From: Candidatus Oxydemutatoraceae bacterium
Lineage (GTDB): Bacteria > Pseudomonadota > Gammaproteobacteria > Poriferisulfidales > Oxydemutatoraceae
Length of the DNA stretch: 64,000 bases
Direction of reading: 5' to 3'
NCBI GenBank assembly: GCA_965218975.1
Contig: OZ244717.1
Span: 1,792,001 to 1,856,000 of the forward strand
The translations under genes and the position numbers were made by a program. The notes beneath the pieces were generated by a model that was given only the letters and a program-made list of their open reading frames with translations, made no database searches and was not told the DNA's origin. Positions 50,657 to 59,515 of this stretch are shown here, in pieces. The stretch's first letter is position 1. Each line of letters opens with the position of its first letter.

Positions 50657-50988
50657 GTTTTCAGCATAACCGATTCCGAAGACATAAACTACCCCATGTA
50701 TAAGTCCATAACATTCGGCACGGCGTTGTCAACCCAAACCGGTATGCGGTCGGTGCATAGCGTGCGGCTCCATATTTATGAACGTCAACTGTAAACCCCC
50801 TAAACGCTCATCAAGTCAATTCAAATCCGTAAACAATCGTCCCGCATTATCATGCGCAAAATCTTGCCGCGGCGGCGCAGCTGAGACGCTCAAGCCGAAC
50901 GTTCGGCGGCGAATATTTCGGATCAGTTTGCCAAAGCGTTGATATGTGCGCGGGGGATCAAGACGTCATTGTCCGGCGGCGACGGAAC

Positions 50989-51558
50989 CTACTGGTAAAT
51001 AATTTCAACCCGGCGGTTTTTACTAAATGCTGCTTCGTTATTGCCGAATATCGCAGGTTTTTCCTCGCCAAAGCTGATGGTGGACAGCTGATTGGCGGGA
51101 ACTCCGTAAAACAATAAAATCCCTTTCACCGCTTGCGCGCGTCGTTCTCCGAGCGCAAGGTTGTAACCTTCCGACCCACGTTTATCCGCATGTCCTTCCA
51201 GCATCGCGAACACATCCGAATTTTTTTTCAGATATTCGCCGTGCTGACGAATCAACTCATCGCCTTGGGCACTGATATCCGAACGATTGAAATCGAAATA
51301 AATGATGTTGTAACGCAAAGACGGATTTTGCTCGATCGCATCTTGGTACACCTTATTCTCGCCGAGGGCAGCGTCGTTGCCGTACAAATCTTCAACGGTG
51401 CCGGCAACGCCTTCGGGATAAATCGTTGCGTCCGCGGCAGCGGGTGAACCTCCGTTCAAGGTTGCCGGTGTCTCCTCCGTCATCTGTGTAGATGCACATG
51501 CAACGAGCAACATAGCGGCAAAAACGTTAAAGATTGTTTGGGTAAGTCTTGAATTCAT
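50989..51558 (-). CDS. pal: Peptidoglycan-associated lipoprotein (OmpA family)
   Basis: Lipobox LVAC; IYFDFNRS, EGHADKRGSEGYNLALGERRA, SFGEEKP, KNRRVEI. Confidence 0.88.
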   Translation of the reverse strand: MNSRLTQTIFNVFAAMLLVACASTQMTEETPATLNGGSPAAADATIYPEGVAGTVEDLYGNDAALGENKVYQDAIEQNPSLRYNIIYFDFNRSDISAQGDELIRQHGEYLKKNSDVFAMLEGHADKRGSEGYNLALGERRAQAVKGILLFYGVPANQLSTISFGEEKPAIFGNNEAAFSKNRRVEIIYQ

Positions 51559-51657
51559 AGCGACCTCGTCTGGTTTGTAAACGATAGAACAACACATTCG
51601 TATAAAACAGTATAGAATAGATTTCAAACAGATTATAGCTGCAGGAGGTCCATACTC

Positions 51658-52110
51658 ATGTCAATCAATATTTTGTGTGCCGCATACAATAAACTGCCCG
51701 CAGTCGGCATGTGGGTATCGTTGCTTGGTCTTCGCTTACTCATCGCTTGGGAGTTCTGGGGAGCGGGTATGAAGAAGTTTCACGGAGACAATTGGTTCGA
51801 GTCAATCGTCAACGACTTTCCTTTCCCTTTTAGCATCATCCCCACCGGCATAAGTTGGTTTATCGCGACTTGGACCGAGATCATCGGCTCGATCGCTTTG
51901 CTCATAGGATTCACCACACGGTTTTGGGTTCTGGCTTTGATTATCCTTGACCTTGTCGCTTGGTCGGCGGTACATGCCAATAATGGGTATAACGTTTGCG
52001 ACAACGGGTTTAAGCTACCGCTCATCTATCTTATCATGATGATTCCCCTGCTATTCAGCGGCCCCGGTAAACTGAGTCTGGATCACTTGATTCAATCGGT
52101 ACGTAAATAA
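51658..52110 (+). CDS. DoxX-family membrane protein (HvfX-like)
   Basis: LRLLIAWEFW, GYNVCDNGFKLPLIY, GPGKLSLD; upstream of DUF692. Confidence 0.85.
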   Translation: MSINILCAAYNKLPAVGMWVSLLGLRLLIAWEFWGAGMKKFHGDNWFESIVNDFPFPFSIIPTGISWFIATWTEIIGSIALLIGFTTRFWVLALIILDLVAWSAVHANNGYNVCDNGFKLPLIYLIMMIPLLFSGPGKLSLDHLIQSVRK

Positions 52111-52112
52111 TA

Positions 52113-53015
52113 ATGTGCCCGCATTCGGAAACGCCATTATCGACACCCACCGCCGACCAAGCGCCGAATCAATCCGCGCGGCGCTATCCGGTCAGCGGCG
52201 GCGGACTCGGTCTGCGGCGCGATTTGCTGAATGAATTGGAAACCCGTCCGGCAGAAGTATCTTTTGTGGAAGCCGCACCTGAAAACTGGATCAATATCGG
52301 CGGCAAGGTCCGCGAACGCTTTGACCGGCTCGTTGCGCATTATCCGCTCATCTGCCACGGCTTGTCTTTGTCTTTGGGAGGGCCGACTGCACTGGACACA
52401 TCGCTGCTGAAACAGATTAAAATTTTTCTGGATACGCATCAAGCACGTTATTACAGCGAGCATCTCAGTGCTTGCACCGGAACAGGCCATCTTTACGACT
52501 TGATGCCGGTCCCGTTTACCGACGATGCAGTCGATTATGTCGCCGCGCGCATCAGGCAGACGCAGGATATTCTCGAACGTAAAATCGCGATCGAAAATAC
52601 ATCGGCTTATCTTGCGCCCGGCAATGAAATGCCCGAAATTGATTTCCTCAATAAAACGCTTGAATCCGCCGATTGCAAACTGCTTTTAGACGTCAACAAC
52701 GTCTATGTCAATTCGGTGAACTTCAACTTTGATCCGATCGCATATCTGCATTCCTTATCTGCCGACCGTATCGCATACTGCCATATCGCCGGGCATAGCG
52801 ACGAAGCCGAAGATTTAATTGTCGATACGCACGGTAGCGACATCATCCCGCCGGTTTGGGATCTGTTGGATGAAACATATAAACGGTTCGGGGTCATCCC
52901 GACACTGCTGGAACGGGATTTCAATTTCCCGCCTTTTGCCGACTTGCTCAAAGAATTGCGCATGATCAATCGATATCAGCAAAGATATTCAACGGCGCCG
53001 CGGCATGCTTCTTGA
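52113..53015 (+). CDS. DUF692 multinuclear non-heme iron oxidative enzyme (MNIO)
   Basis: GLGLRR, APENW, HGLSLSLGG, SEHL, YDLMP, IEN, LLLDVNNVYVN, HIAGH, DTHG, LLERD. Confidence 0.93.
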   Translation: MCPHSETPLSTPTADQAPNQSARRYPVSGGGLGLRRDLLNELETRPAEVSFVEAAPENWINIGGKVRERFDRLVAHYPLICHGLSLSLGGPTALDTSLLKQIKIFLDTHQARYYSEHLSACTGTGHLYDLMPVPFTDDAVDYVAARIRQTQDILERKIAIENTSAYLAPGNEMPEIDFLNKTLESADCKLLLDVNNVYVNSVNFNFDPIAYLHSLSADRIAYCHIAGHSDEAEDLIVDTHGSDIIPPVWDLLDETYKRFGVIPTLLERDFNFPPFADLLKELRMINRYQQRYSTAPRHAS

Positions 53016-53785
53016 TGCCGCGCGATTTTCAAACAATACAACTGCAACTTGCCGAACACCTGCGCGATCCGGAAAACAATCCTCCACCCAAGGGACTGGA
53101 ACCGAGACGGCTGGCAATCTATCGCCGCTTATTTTTTAACAATATCGTAAACTTTATTACAAAAACTTTTCCGGTATTAAACAAACTTTATACTGAAAAA
53201 GAATGGCGGCGTCTCGCGCGGTCGTTCTACGCCGGTTATACCAGTCACTCGCCGTACTTCGCGGATATTCCAAAATCTTTTGTCGAGTATCTGAGCGGGC
53301 ATCATAAAATGGAAGAACATGACCCGCCTTTTCTGGTGGAATTGGCCCACTACGAGTGGGCGGAGTTCGCATTGTCGGTCGCCGATCAAACAGTTGATTG
53401 GCAACGGGTTGACCCGAACGGAGACTTGTTTGATCGCTCGCCGCTCTTATCTCCGCTCGCTTGGCGTTTCACTTACCGTTGGCGCGTACATCAAATCAGC
53501 CCGCAATCTCGTCCGCAAACGCCGAATATAAGGCCTACTCATTTAATTCTATGCCGCAGGCGCGACGGTAAAGTGCATTTTATTTTAATCAACGATACGA
53601 CCGCCGCTTTGTGCGAGGAATTGGGGAAAAAACCGGCGCAAACCGGTCGGCAGTCGATAGAAAATATCAGTAAAAAACTTGGCTTGCCGCGAACGCGAAT
53701 GACACTCGAAAACGGCTTGGACTTGTTGGAAAACATGCGCCGCAAGGAAGTGATACTTGGCACCGCTAAGATTGAAACCGGTTGA
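53012..53785 (+). CDS. DUF2063 MNIO partner protein (HvfC/BufC-like)
   Basis: Q..LAEHLRDP, RRLAIYRRLFFNN, FPVL, ELAHYEWAE; overlaps the DUF692 stop. Confidence 0.88.
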   Translation: MMPRDFQTIQLQLAEHLRDPENNPPPKGLEPRRLAIYRRLFFNNIVNFITKTFPVLNKLYTEKEWRRLARSFYAGYTSHSPYFADIPKSFVEYLSGHHKMEEHDPPFLVELAHYEWAEFALSVADQTVDWQRVDPNGDLFDRSPLLSPLAWRFTYRWRVHQISPQSRPQTPNIRPTHLILCRRRDGKVHFILINDTTAALCEELGKKPAQTGRQSIENISKKLGLPRTRMTLENGLDLLENMRRKEVILGTAKIETG

Positions 53786-54096
53786 GCGTTCGGCATCTAA
53801 AAAAGCGCGAACGATATGTCGGAAAGTCGCATGCGCCGATTTCGCAACCGGATTTTCTCCAACGACACAAGCCTCTCTAAGACGACACCGTCAATCCGAA
53901 AATCAGGCGCTTTTGTCGGATTTGACAAGTTATCCTGAACGGATGCCATTCTTATTGCGTTATAATCGAATCATGCGAGCGCTTGAGGCGATTGATGCTC
54001 ATAGCGGTTTACGGGTCGGCGCCTCATGATGTTTGACCCGCAGGGCGGAATTGCCGTCGGCGGCGTTGCTTGCGCTTTAGTTTGCCGAGGATAAAC

Positions 54097-54342
54097 ATGG
54101 AAATTACTTTAGAGACAATCTACCAACAACAACAAGAACTCAAAGCTGAATTTAAATCTGGGATTGGTCGGCTTGAAGACAAAGTTGACTCGGTAGAACA
54201 GCGACTCAACGACAAAATTGATTCGGAAGTGCAGAATATCTACAACCGGATTGATTCGGGAAAGACTTGGTTCGTTACTTTAACGATCTCAACCGTTTTG
54301 GTTGTGACCGCAATCATGACCACGTTTCTGAATATGCGGTAG
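54097..54342 (+). CDS. Small coiled-coil protein with C-terminal TM anchor
   Basis: RLEDKVDSVEQRLNDKIDSEV repeats, then KTWFVTLTISTVLVVTAIMTTFL; RBS GAGG. Confidence 0.7.
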   Translation: MEITLETIYQQQQELKAEFKSGIGRLEDKVDSVEQRLNDKIDSEVQNIYNRIDSGKTWFVTLTISTVLVVTAIMTTFLNMR

Positions 54343-54463
54343 CCGGGCTCATTCGTTCCGGCAGGGATAGTGGGGTTTACTCTATAAAAGCGCACGGCAG
54401 GCGGATGCGTTTGTTAGTTTTCAGACATTCAATCAGTCGCACGGTAAGGAGAAACGATAACTT

Positions 54464-56375
54464 CTTGACTTCGTAGGTTTTGACCTTTGGGCAAAAAATA
54501 AATCCTTTATTATCATAGGGTTACCCGAACGCTGCCGAAAAACCCCATTGTAGTGCCCTCAGGCTTGTTTTCACTTGGATTTTAGGTTATCATTCGGGTC
54601 TATGTACTTGCGTGAAAAATATGATCCCGAACGCGGCCGCACTCGCTTGCAGATTGTGCGCTCCGTGCGCACTGCCGATGGTCCCCGTCAGCGTGTGGTG
54701 CGGCATATCGGCACTGCCGACAGTCCCGAGCAGCTTGCATCTTTGCGCAAGCTCGGCGAGGTCACCTTGGAAGAGCTGCGCCAAGCCGGTACAGCACAAC
54801 AGTCGCTGTTCACACCGAAGCAGTACGCGGACCTCGCAGCTGAGGCGCGGCTGGCACCACGTCTGGCGCGCTTCGGGGTAGATCTTGCCGAATGCCGTGA
54901 GGAGATGCGGCTGATGCTTGGGGTGCGCGAGGCGTTCACGCAGATTTATTCGCACCTGGGTTGGAACCAGGTGTTGGGTGCACGGCGTACGGCAGCCAAC
55001 CGCATTCTGCGCGAGCTGGTACTGGCGCGTATCGCGCAGCCGCAGAGCAAGCGCGCTACGGTGTGCGAGCTCGAACGAAGCGGCGTTTCGCTCAATCTCG
55101 ACCGGGTTTACCAGACTATGGACCACCTTGAAGAGGCGGTGATTGCGCGCATCCGGGAACAGTCTCATCAGGCGGCACAGAAGTTGTATGATCAGCCCCT
55201 CAAGGTGTTCTTCTTTGATTGCACGACCCTGTACTTCGAGAGCGAGCAAGAGGACCCGTTGCGCGCGAAAGGTTATAGTAAGGACGGCAAGCCGCACCGC
55301 TGCCAGGTGTTACTGGCACTGATGACGACCTGCGACGGTCTGCCGGTGGACTACGCACTGTTGCCGGGCAACACCTTTGAGGGCAAAACCTTGATGCAGG
55401 CAGTGACAAGTCTGCAACAGAGACATCCGGGTGCTGTATTTACAGTAGTGGCCGATGCGGCGATGCTGAGCCGTGAGAACCAGACATTCCTGCAGGAGCA
55501 GGGCTTGGCCTATGTGCTCGGCTATCGTCTCAAGTCGGCCCCGGCCAAGATCAAGCTGCAGGCGCTCAGTGCAGCAGACGATCAAGGCTGGCTCAAAACG
55601 CAGGACCTGCGTTACCGGATGATTCGCCACGAAGGCCGGCGGATCATAGTCACCTATTCACGCCGGCGCGCGCGCAAGGATCAAGAAGTTCGGGAGCGCA
55701 TATTGTCACAGTTGCGCCGGAAGTATCAACGCAGCGAGCGCCCGGCAGGTTTCGTGGCGCGCGGCTATGCCTGTTACTTAAGCTTCCCCGCAAAGGGCCG
55801 GGTTAAGATTGATGCGGCCAAGGTGACCGATGCGGCGCGTTGGGACGGCCTGCGCGCAATCATCGCACACGGCAACGAGGAGATGGCGCCAAAGGAATTG
55901 CTGTCGCAGTACCGTCGGTTGTGGGAAGTAGAACATTGCTTTCGCACCAACAAGCATGACCTTTGCATCCGCCCGATCTTTCACTGGAAGCCGCGGCGTA
56001 TCCAGGCACACATTGCGATCTGCTACATGGCCTTCTGCTGCTTGCAGCAGCTGCGCCGGCGGCTTAAGGCACTGGGCTTCCCGATGAGCGCGGAACGGAT
56101 CCGGCGCGAGCTCGACACCTTGCAGTTGAGCATCTTGGTATGTACCGACACACAGAAGCGGTATGCGATGCCGAGCCGCGCGAGTGCGGACGCCAATAGG
56201 ATCTACCGTAGTGTCGGCCTGAAATGGAACGAAGCTCCGTTCCCGCTTCCCGACAAGTCACGCCCTGGGGGAAGCTGAGCGCGGAGGGCTACAAACAACA
56301 CCGTAATGTAGTGCCCTTGAGAATCCTGAAGGCCATAATATCAATCACTTACGAGACAAAACCTACGAAGTCAAG
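54464..56375 (+). mobile_element. IS1634-family insertion sequence
   Basis: Perfect 19-bp IR CTTGACTTCGTAGGTTTTG (54464-54482 / 56357-56375); 29-bp flanking direct repeat at 54435-54463 and 56376-56404. Confidence 0.95.
54602..56278 (+). CDS. IS1634-family DDE transposase, intact
   Basis: FFDCTTLYFE, GYSKDGK, GNTFE, VVADAAM, YRRLWEVEHCFRTNKHDL, RIQAHIAICY. Confidence 0.93.
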   Translation: MYLREKYDPERGRTRLQIVRSVRTADGPRQRVVRHIGTADSPEQLASLRKLGEVTLEELRQAGTAQQSLFTPKQYADLAAEARLAPRLARFGVDLAECREEMRLMLGVREAFTQIYSHLGWNQVLGARRTAANRILRELVLARIAQPQSKRATVCELERSGVSLNLDRVYQTMDHLEEAVIARIREQSHQAAQKLYDQPLKVFFFDCTTLYFESEQEDPLRAKGYSKDGKPHRCQVLLALMTTCDGLPVDYALLPGNTFEGKTLMQAVTSLQQRHPGAVFTVVADAAMLSRENQTFLQEQGLAYVLGYRLKSAPAKIKLQALSAADDQGWLKTQDLRYRMIRHEGRRIIVTYSRRRARKDQEVRERILSQLRRKYQRSERPAGFVARGYACYLSFPAKGRVKIDAAKVTDAARWDGLRAIIAHGNEEMAPKELLSQYRRLWEVEHCFRTNKHDLCIRPIFHWKPRRIQAHIAICYMAFCCLQQLRRRLKALGFPMSAERIRRELDTLQLSILVCTDTQKRYAMPSRASADANRIYRSVGLKWNEAPFPLPDKSRPGGS

Positions 56376-56415
56376 AGTCGCACGGTAAGGAGAAACGATA
56401 ACTTCTGTCATTTGT

Positions 56416-57834
56416 TCAATCGTGCCTCACGGACGCACGGCATTCCTTATGCGGCGTAAACCAACTTAATCGTTGGCGACATTTCACTACGTCGCCGATG
56501 ATAAGTAATGTGGGCGGAACGACTCTTCGCATTCCCACTTGCGCCGCAAGTTCGGCAACCGCACTCACGACCACTTGCTGTTGTTGAGTCGTACCTTTGG
56601 CAATCAACGCCGCCGGCGTGTCAGCAGCAAGACCGTGCGCGACTAGTTGAGCGCAAATCTGATCCAAACCTTGCAATCCCATGTAAAAAACAATCGTCTG
56701 TTTATCGGCTATCAGCGCCGACCAATTCAGATCAATGCTGCCGTCGCGTAAATGGCCTGCGGCAAAAATACACGAGTGCGCATAATCACGATGTGTCAGA
56801 GGAATCCCCGCATACGCGGCGCAGCCTGAAGCAGCAGTGATGCCGGGCACAATTTGAAACGTGATGTTCTCCTGCGCCAAACGATTGATTTCTTCACCGC
56901 CGCGGCCGAAAATTAACGGGTCGCCGCCTTTCAAACGCAGCACTCGGAAGCCTTTGCGCGCATATTTCACAAGCAGGCGATTGATGTCTTCTTGCGGAAT
57001 CGTATGCTTGCCGCGTTCTTTGCCTACATAAATTTTTTCCGCATCGCTACGCAATAGTTCAAGAATGGGCGGAGAAACCAAACGGTCGTACAACACCACG
57101 TCGGCTTGTTGCATCAGGCGCAGCGCTTTGAACGTCAGCAAATCGGGGTCGCCGGGGCCGGCGCCGACTAAATACACTTCGCCGACCGCTTCGGGGCGGG
57201 CGATTTTCCGCTCCAGCATCTTTTGCAGCAATGCTTCGGCGGCAGCAACCCGATTTTCAAAAACCAAATCGGCGACCCGACTGCGCAAAACTGTTTCCCA
57301 AAATAATTTACGTTCGGCGGACGCAGCGAACGTTTGCTTCACTCGGTCGCGGTAGTCTCCGACCAAAGCGGCCAGTTTGCTGTAATTATTCGGGGTGCAG
57401 TTTGCCAAATGCTTGGCCAAGGACCGGGCGAGCAGCGGCGATGCGCCGCCGGTGGTCACGGCAATTTGCATCGGCGGGCGGTGGATGGTCGTCGGAAAAA
57501 TAAAATCGCTGTCGTCAACTCCGTCGACATTGTTAAACAGGATGCTGCGCTTGCGGCAATGTTCGCCGATTTCGAGATTCAACCGCGAGTCGTCGGTCGC
57601 CGCAATGACAAAGAAAGCATTATCAATGTCTGTTTCTTGGTAGTCGCGTTCCTGCAAAGTAATCGTCCGATGCTTGCTCAGCAGATATAACGCGTCGGAG
57701 CATCTGCGGGCAACCACTTTAATTCTCATACCGGCACGATTTAACAGACGAATTTTGCGCAAAGCGACGCTGCTGCCGCCGATAACGACCGCAAGCCGGT
57801 TATGACATTTCAGAAATATCGGCAAAAATTCCAT
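56416..57834 (-). CDS. cysG: Siroheme synthase
   Basis: MEFLPIF N-terminus, VYLVGAGPGDPDLLTFKA, RLKGGDPLIFGRGGEE. Confidence 0.95.
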   Translation of the reverse strand: MEFLPIFLKCHNRLAVVIGGSSVALRKIRLLNRAGMRIKVVARRCSDALYLLSKHRTITLQERDYQETDIDNAFFVIAATDDSRLNLEIGEHCRKRSILFNNVDGVDDSDFIFPTTIHRPPMQIAVTTGGASPLLARSLAKHLANCTPNNYSKLAALVGDYRDRVKQTFAASAERKLFWETVLRSRVADLVFENRVAAAEALLQKMLERKIARPEAVGEVYLVGAGPGDPDLLTFKALRLMQQADVVLYDRLVSPPILELLRSDAEKIYVGKERGKHTIPQEDINRLLVKYARKGFRVLRLKGGDPLIFGRGGEEINRLAQENITFQIVPGITAASGCAAYAGIPLTHRDYAHSCIFAAGHLRDGSIDLNWSALIADKQTIVFYMGLQGLDQICAQLVAHGLAADTPAALIAKGTTQQQQVVVSAVAELAAQVGMRRVVPPTLLIIGDVVKCRQRLSWFTPHKECRASVRHD

Positions 57835-57836
57835 AG

Positions 57837-58379
57837 TTATTTCAGGTAGACGCCGATGACGGCAAGCTCTATATCGGCAAACGATTCTCTTAACCAGCGA
57901 TGCAGCAAATAGCGAACAAAGCTTTCATATCCGTCCGCGACCGGCCTCTTATGTATCTGCGACAACTCCAAGTTCATCTGCAATCGACTCGGTTGATAGT
58001 GCCGCACCAATGCGGTATGCGCATCTTGCGCGGTCGGCCGTACCGCCGGAATATTATAGGCGGTATGGTGCAAAGAGATAATCCGCACTTGCGAAAATGC
58101 CGCTTTTAACTTGTGCATGATCGTATCGGTCGCGGCTTGAGCGACAAACCGGCAAATAGTCTCAAACACATCAATTGACTGTCGGGCCACCGCACCTTCG
58201 GCAAACAAATATTCAAGCGCCGGGTAGTAACCCAAAGATTGTTGCCGCTCGTAACCGATTACCGCATCCGCAATCAAAGAAATCAACCGATGCGGATGAA
58301 ACGGCAAAACTTCGCGGAAAAGATCATCATGCACCTCAAATGACATTGAGACCACAATGTTATAATGATGCAGCGGCAC
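57837..58379 (-). CDS. Hypothetical protein in the dsrS-cysG operon
   Basis: 180-aa ORF tightly packed between dsrS and cysG; GYYPALEY motif. Confidence 0.7.
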   Translation of the reverse strand: MPLHHYNIVVSMSFEVHDDLFREVLPFHPHRLISLIADAVIGYERQQSLGYYPALEYLFAEGAVARQSIDVFETICRFVAQAATDTIMHKLKAAFSQVRIISLHHTAYNIPAVRPTAQDAHTALVRHYQPSRLQMNLELSQIHKRPVADGYESFVRYLLHRWLRESFADIELAVIGVYLK

Positions 58380-58419
58380 TTAAATTTCAAGTTTTAATAG
58401 CGGAATTGAGCGTGGCAAG

Positions 58420-59511
58420 CTAATTGAAAATCGGCTCGGTAATCGGCACGATTTTCTTACGCATCACACTGCCGATCGCATCGGTCAAACCGAATACCGG
58501 GTCAAGTAAAGATACGTTGATCAATGCTAGCGCAATCATCGCTTCGACTTGCTCGCGATACTGCGGCAATAAATCCGCCAAGCCGTCGGGCATTAACGCA
58601 TCGGAGGATAAGGCTCGGCTATCCGCGCGCAACGCTTCAATTTCACGATAATTCGCGCTGTGAATCATCCACTCCGCAAAGTAACGGCGAATCGCCTGAA
58701 GCAAGTAAATCAGCGTGTTTTGGTCGCTTGATCTACGTAAAGCTTCGGCAACGGTATAAAGAAACTTCTGTCCCGATGCCGACAATAATTTTAATAAATA
58801 GCGCGCCGTCGGCTGCCGTTCTGCTACTGAATTCAGGATTGATTTAATCGCGAAAAAATCCGGATGCGGTTGTCCCGCCATCGGCAAACGATCCGGCATC
58901 GCAAGTAAAAAACCAACCAAATATGCGTTGTTGCGCTTGCCTTTGTTCCATAAATCATCGCACACTTCATCCGCAACCGAATGATGAGACAACGCTAAAC
59001 GCAGCGAATCGATCACATCGCAGGAATGCGTTTCGAATGGCAAAAACTCGATCAAAAATTCGGCCAGCGCCGGCCCCATATCGCTGTCGGCAATCGCTTG
59101 CGATTCCAACATCCGTCGAGCATTCTCCGCGCTCGGTTCGACCCACCACGCATAACGCGCCAACTCACTGCTTAAATTCTCGGCGTACACGACCGCTGCC
59201 AACGCCTCAGGTTCTCCCAGCAACAACAATTTTCTCAAGCGATCTTCATTGCGCGCTTGCCCGCTGCGCATCCAGCGTTTTAGATACAGCGGATAAGCGC
59301 CCGACGACCCCAATACGTGTGCGGATAACGCTGCGCGCAAATATTTAAGGTACGCTTCATCCTTGACGGTGGGATTCAGTTGAAATCGGACTTCACCCTC
59401 ATCCAGCAGAGCGAGAACAGCCATTGCGGATTCGTCAATACGGATTGCGCGCAGATTTTTCGCAAGCAACACATTCAAACGCAGAGCGTCTTCCGGACTG
59501 AGGCGGCGCAT
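58420..59511 (-). CDS. dsrS: DsrS-like sulfur oxidation protein
   Basis: LSPEDALRLNVLLA..AIRIDES..LNPT..HVLGSSGAYPLYLKRW..LLLLGEPEA resembles DsrS of sulfur-oxidising Gammaproteobacteria (recognised from memory). Confidence 0.8.
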   Translation of the reverse strand: MRRLSPEDALRLNVLLAKNLRAIRIDESAMAVLALLDEGEVRFQLNPTVKDEAYLKYLRAALSAHVLGSSGAYPLYLKRWMRSGQARNEDRLRKLLLLGEPEALAAVVYAENLSSELARYAWWVEPSAENARRMLESQAIADSDMGPALAEFLIEFLPFETHSCDVIDSLRLALSHHSVADEVCDDLWNKGKRNNAYLVGFLLAMPDRLPMAGQPHPDFFAIKSILNSVAERQPTARYLLKLLSASGQKFLYTVAEALRRSSDQNTLIYLLQAIRRYFAEWMIHSANYREIEALRADSRALSSDALMPDGLADLLPQYREQVEAMIALALINVSLLDPVFGLTDAIGSVMRKKIVPITEPIFN

Positions 59512-59515
59512 ACGG

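Larger units (their letters stand above)
47430..50975 (-). repeat. Tandem array 2: six DUF1640-like genes alternating with seven conserved spacers derived from an IS481 3' end
   Basis: ATGs at 47860, 48447, 48941, 49512, 50102, 50656 (period 494-590 bp); spacer core CGCTCATC.AGTCAATTCAAATCCG..CAATCGTCCCGCATTATCAT repeated. Confidence 0.92.

Noticed and set aside
14119-50975. Arrays as CRISPR or integron cassette arrays
   Set aside because: Units are 280-590 bp with paralogous ORFs and no unique spacers; no cas genes or integron integrase, and I see no attC-like RYYYAAC...GTTRRRY palindromes
53757-54029. 90-aa ORF as the missing RiPP precursor
   Set aside because: No signal peptide or repeated Cys motif, weak start, overlaps the DUF2063 end
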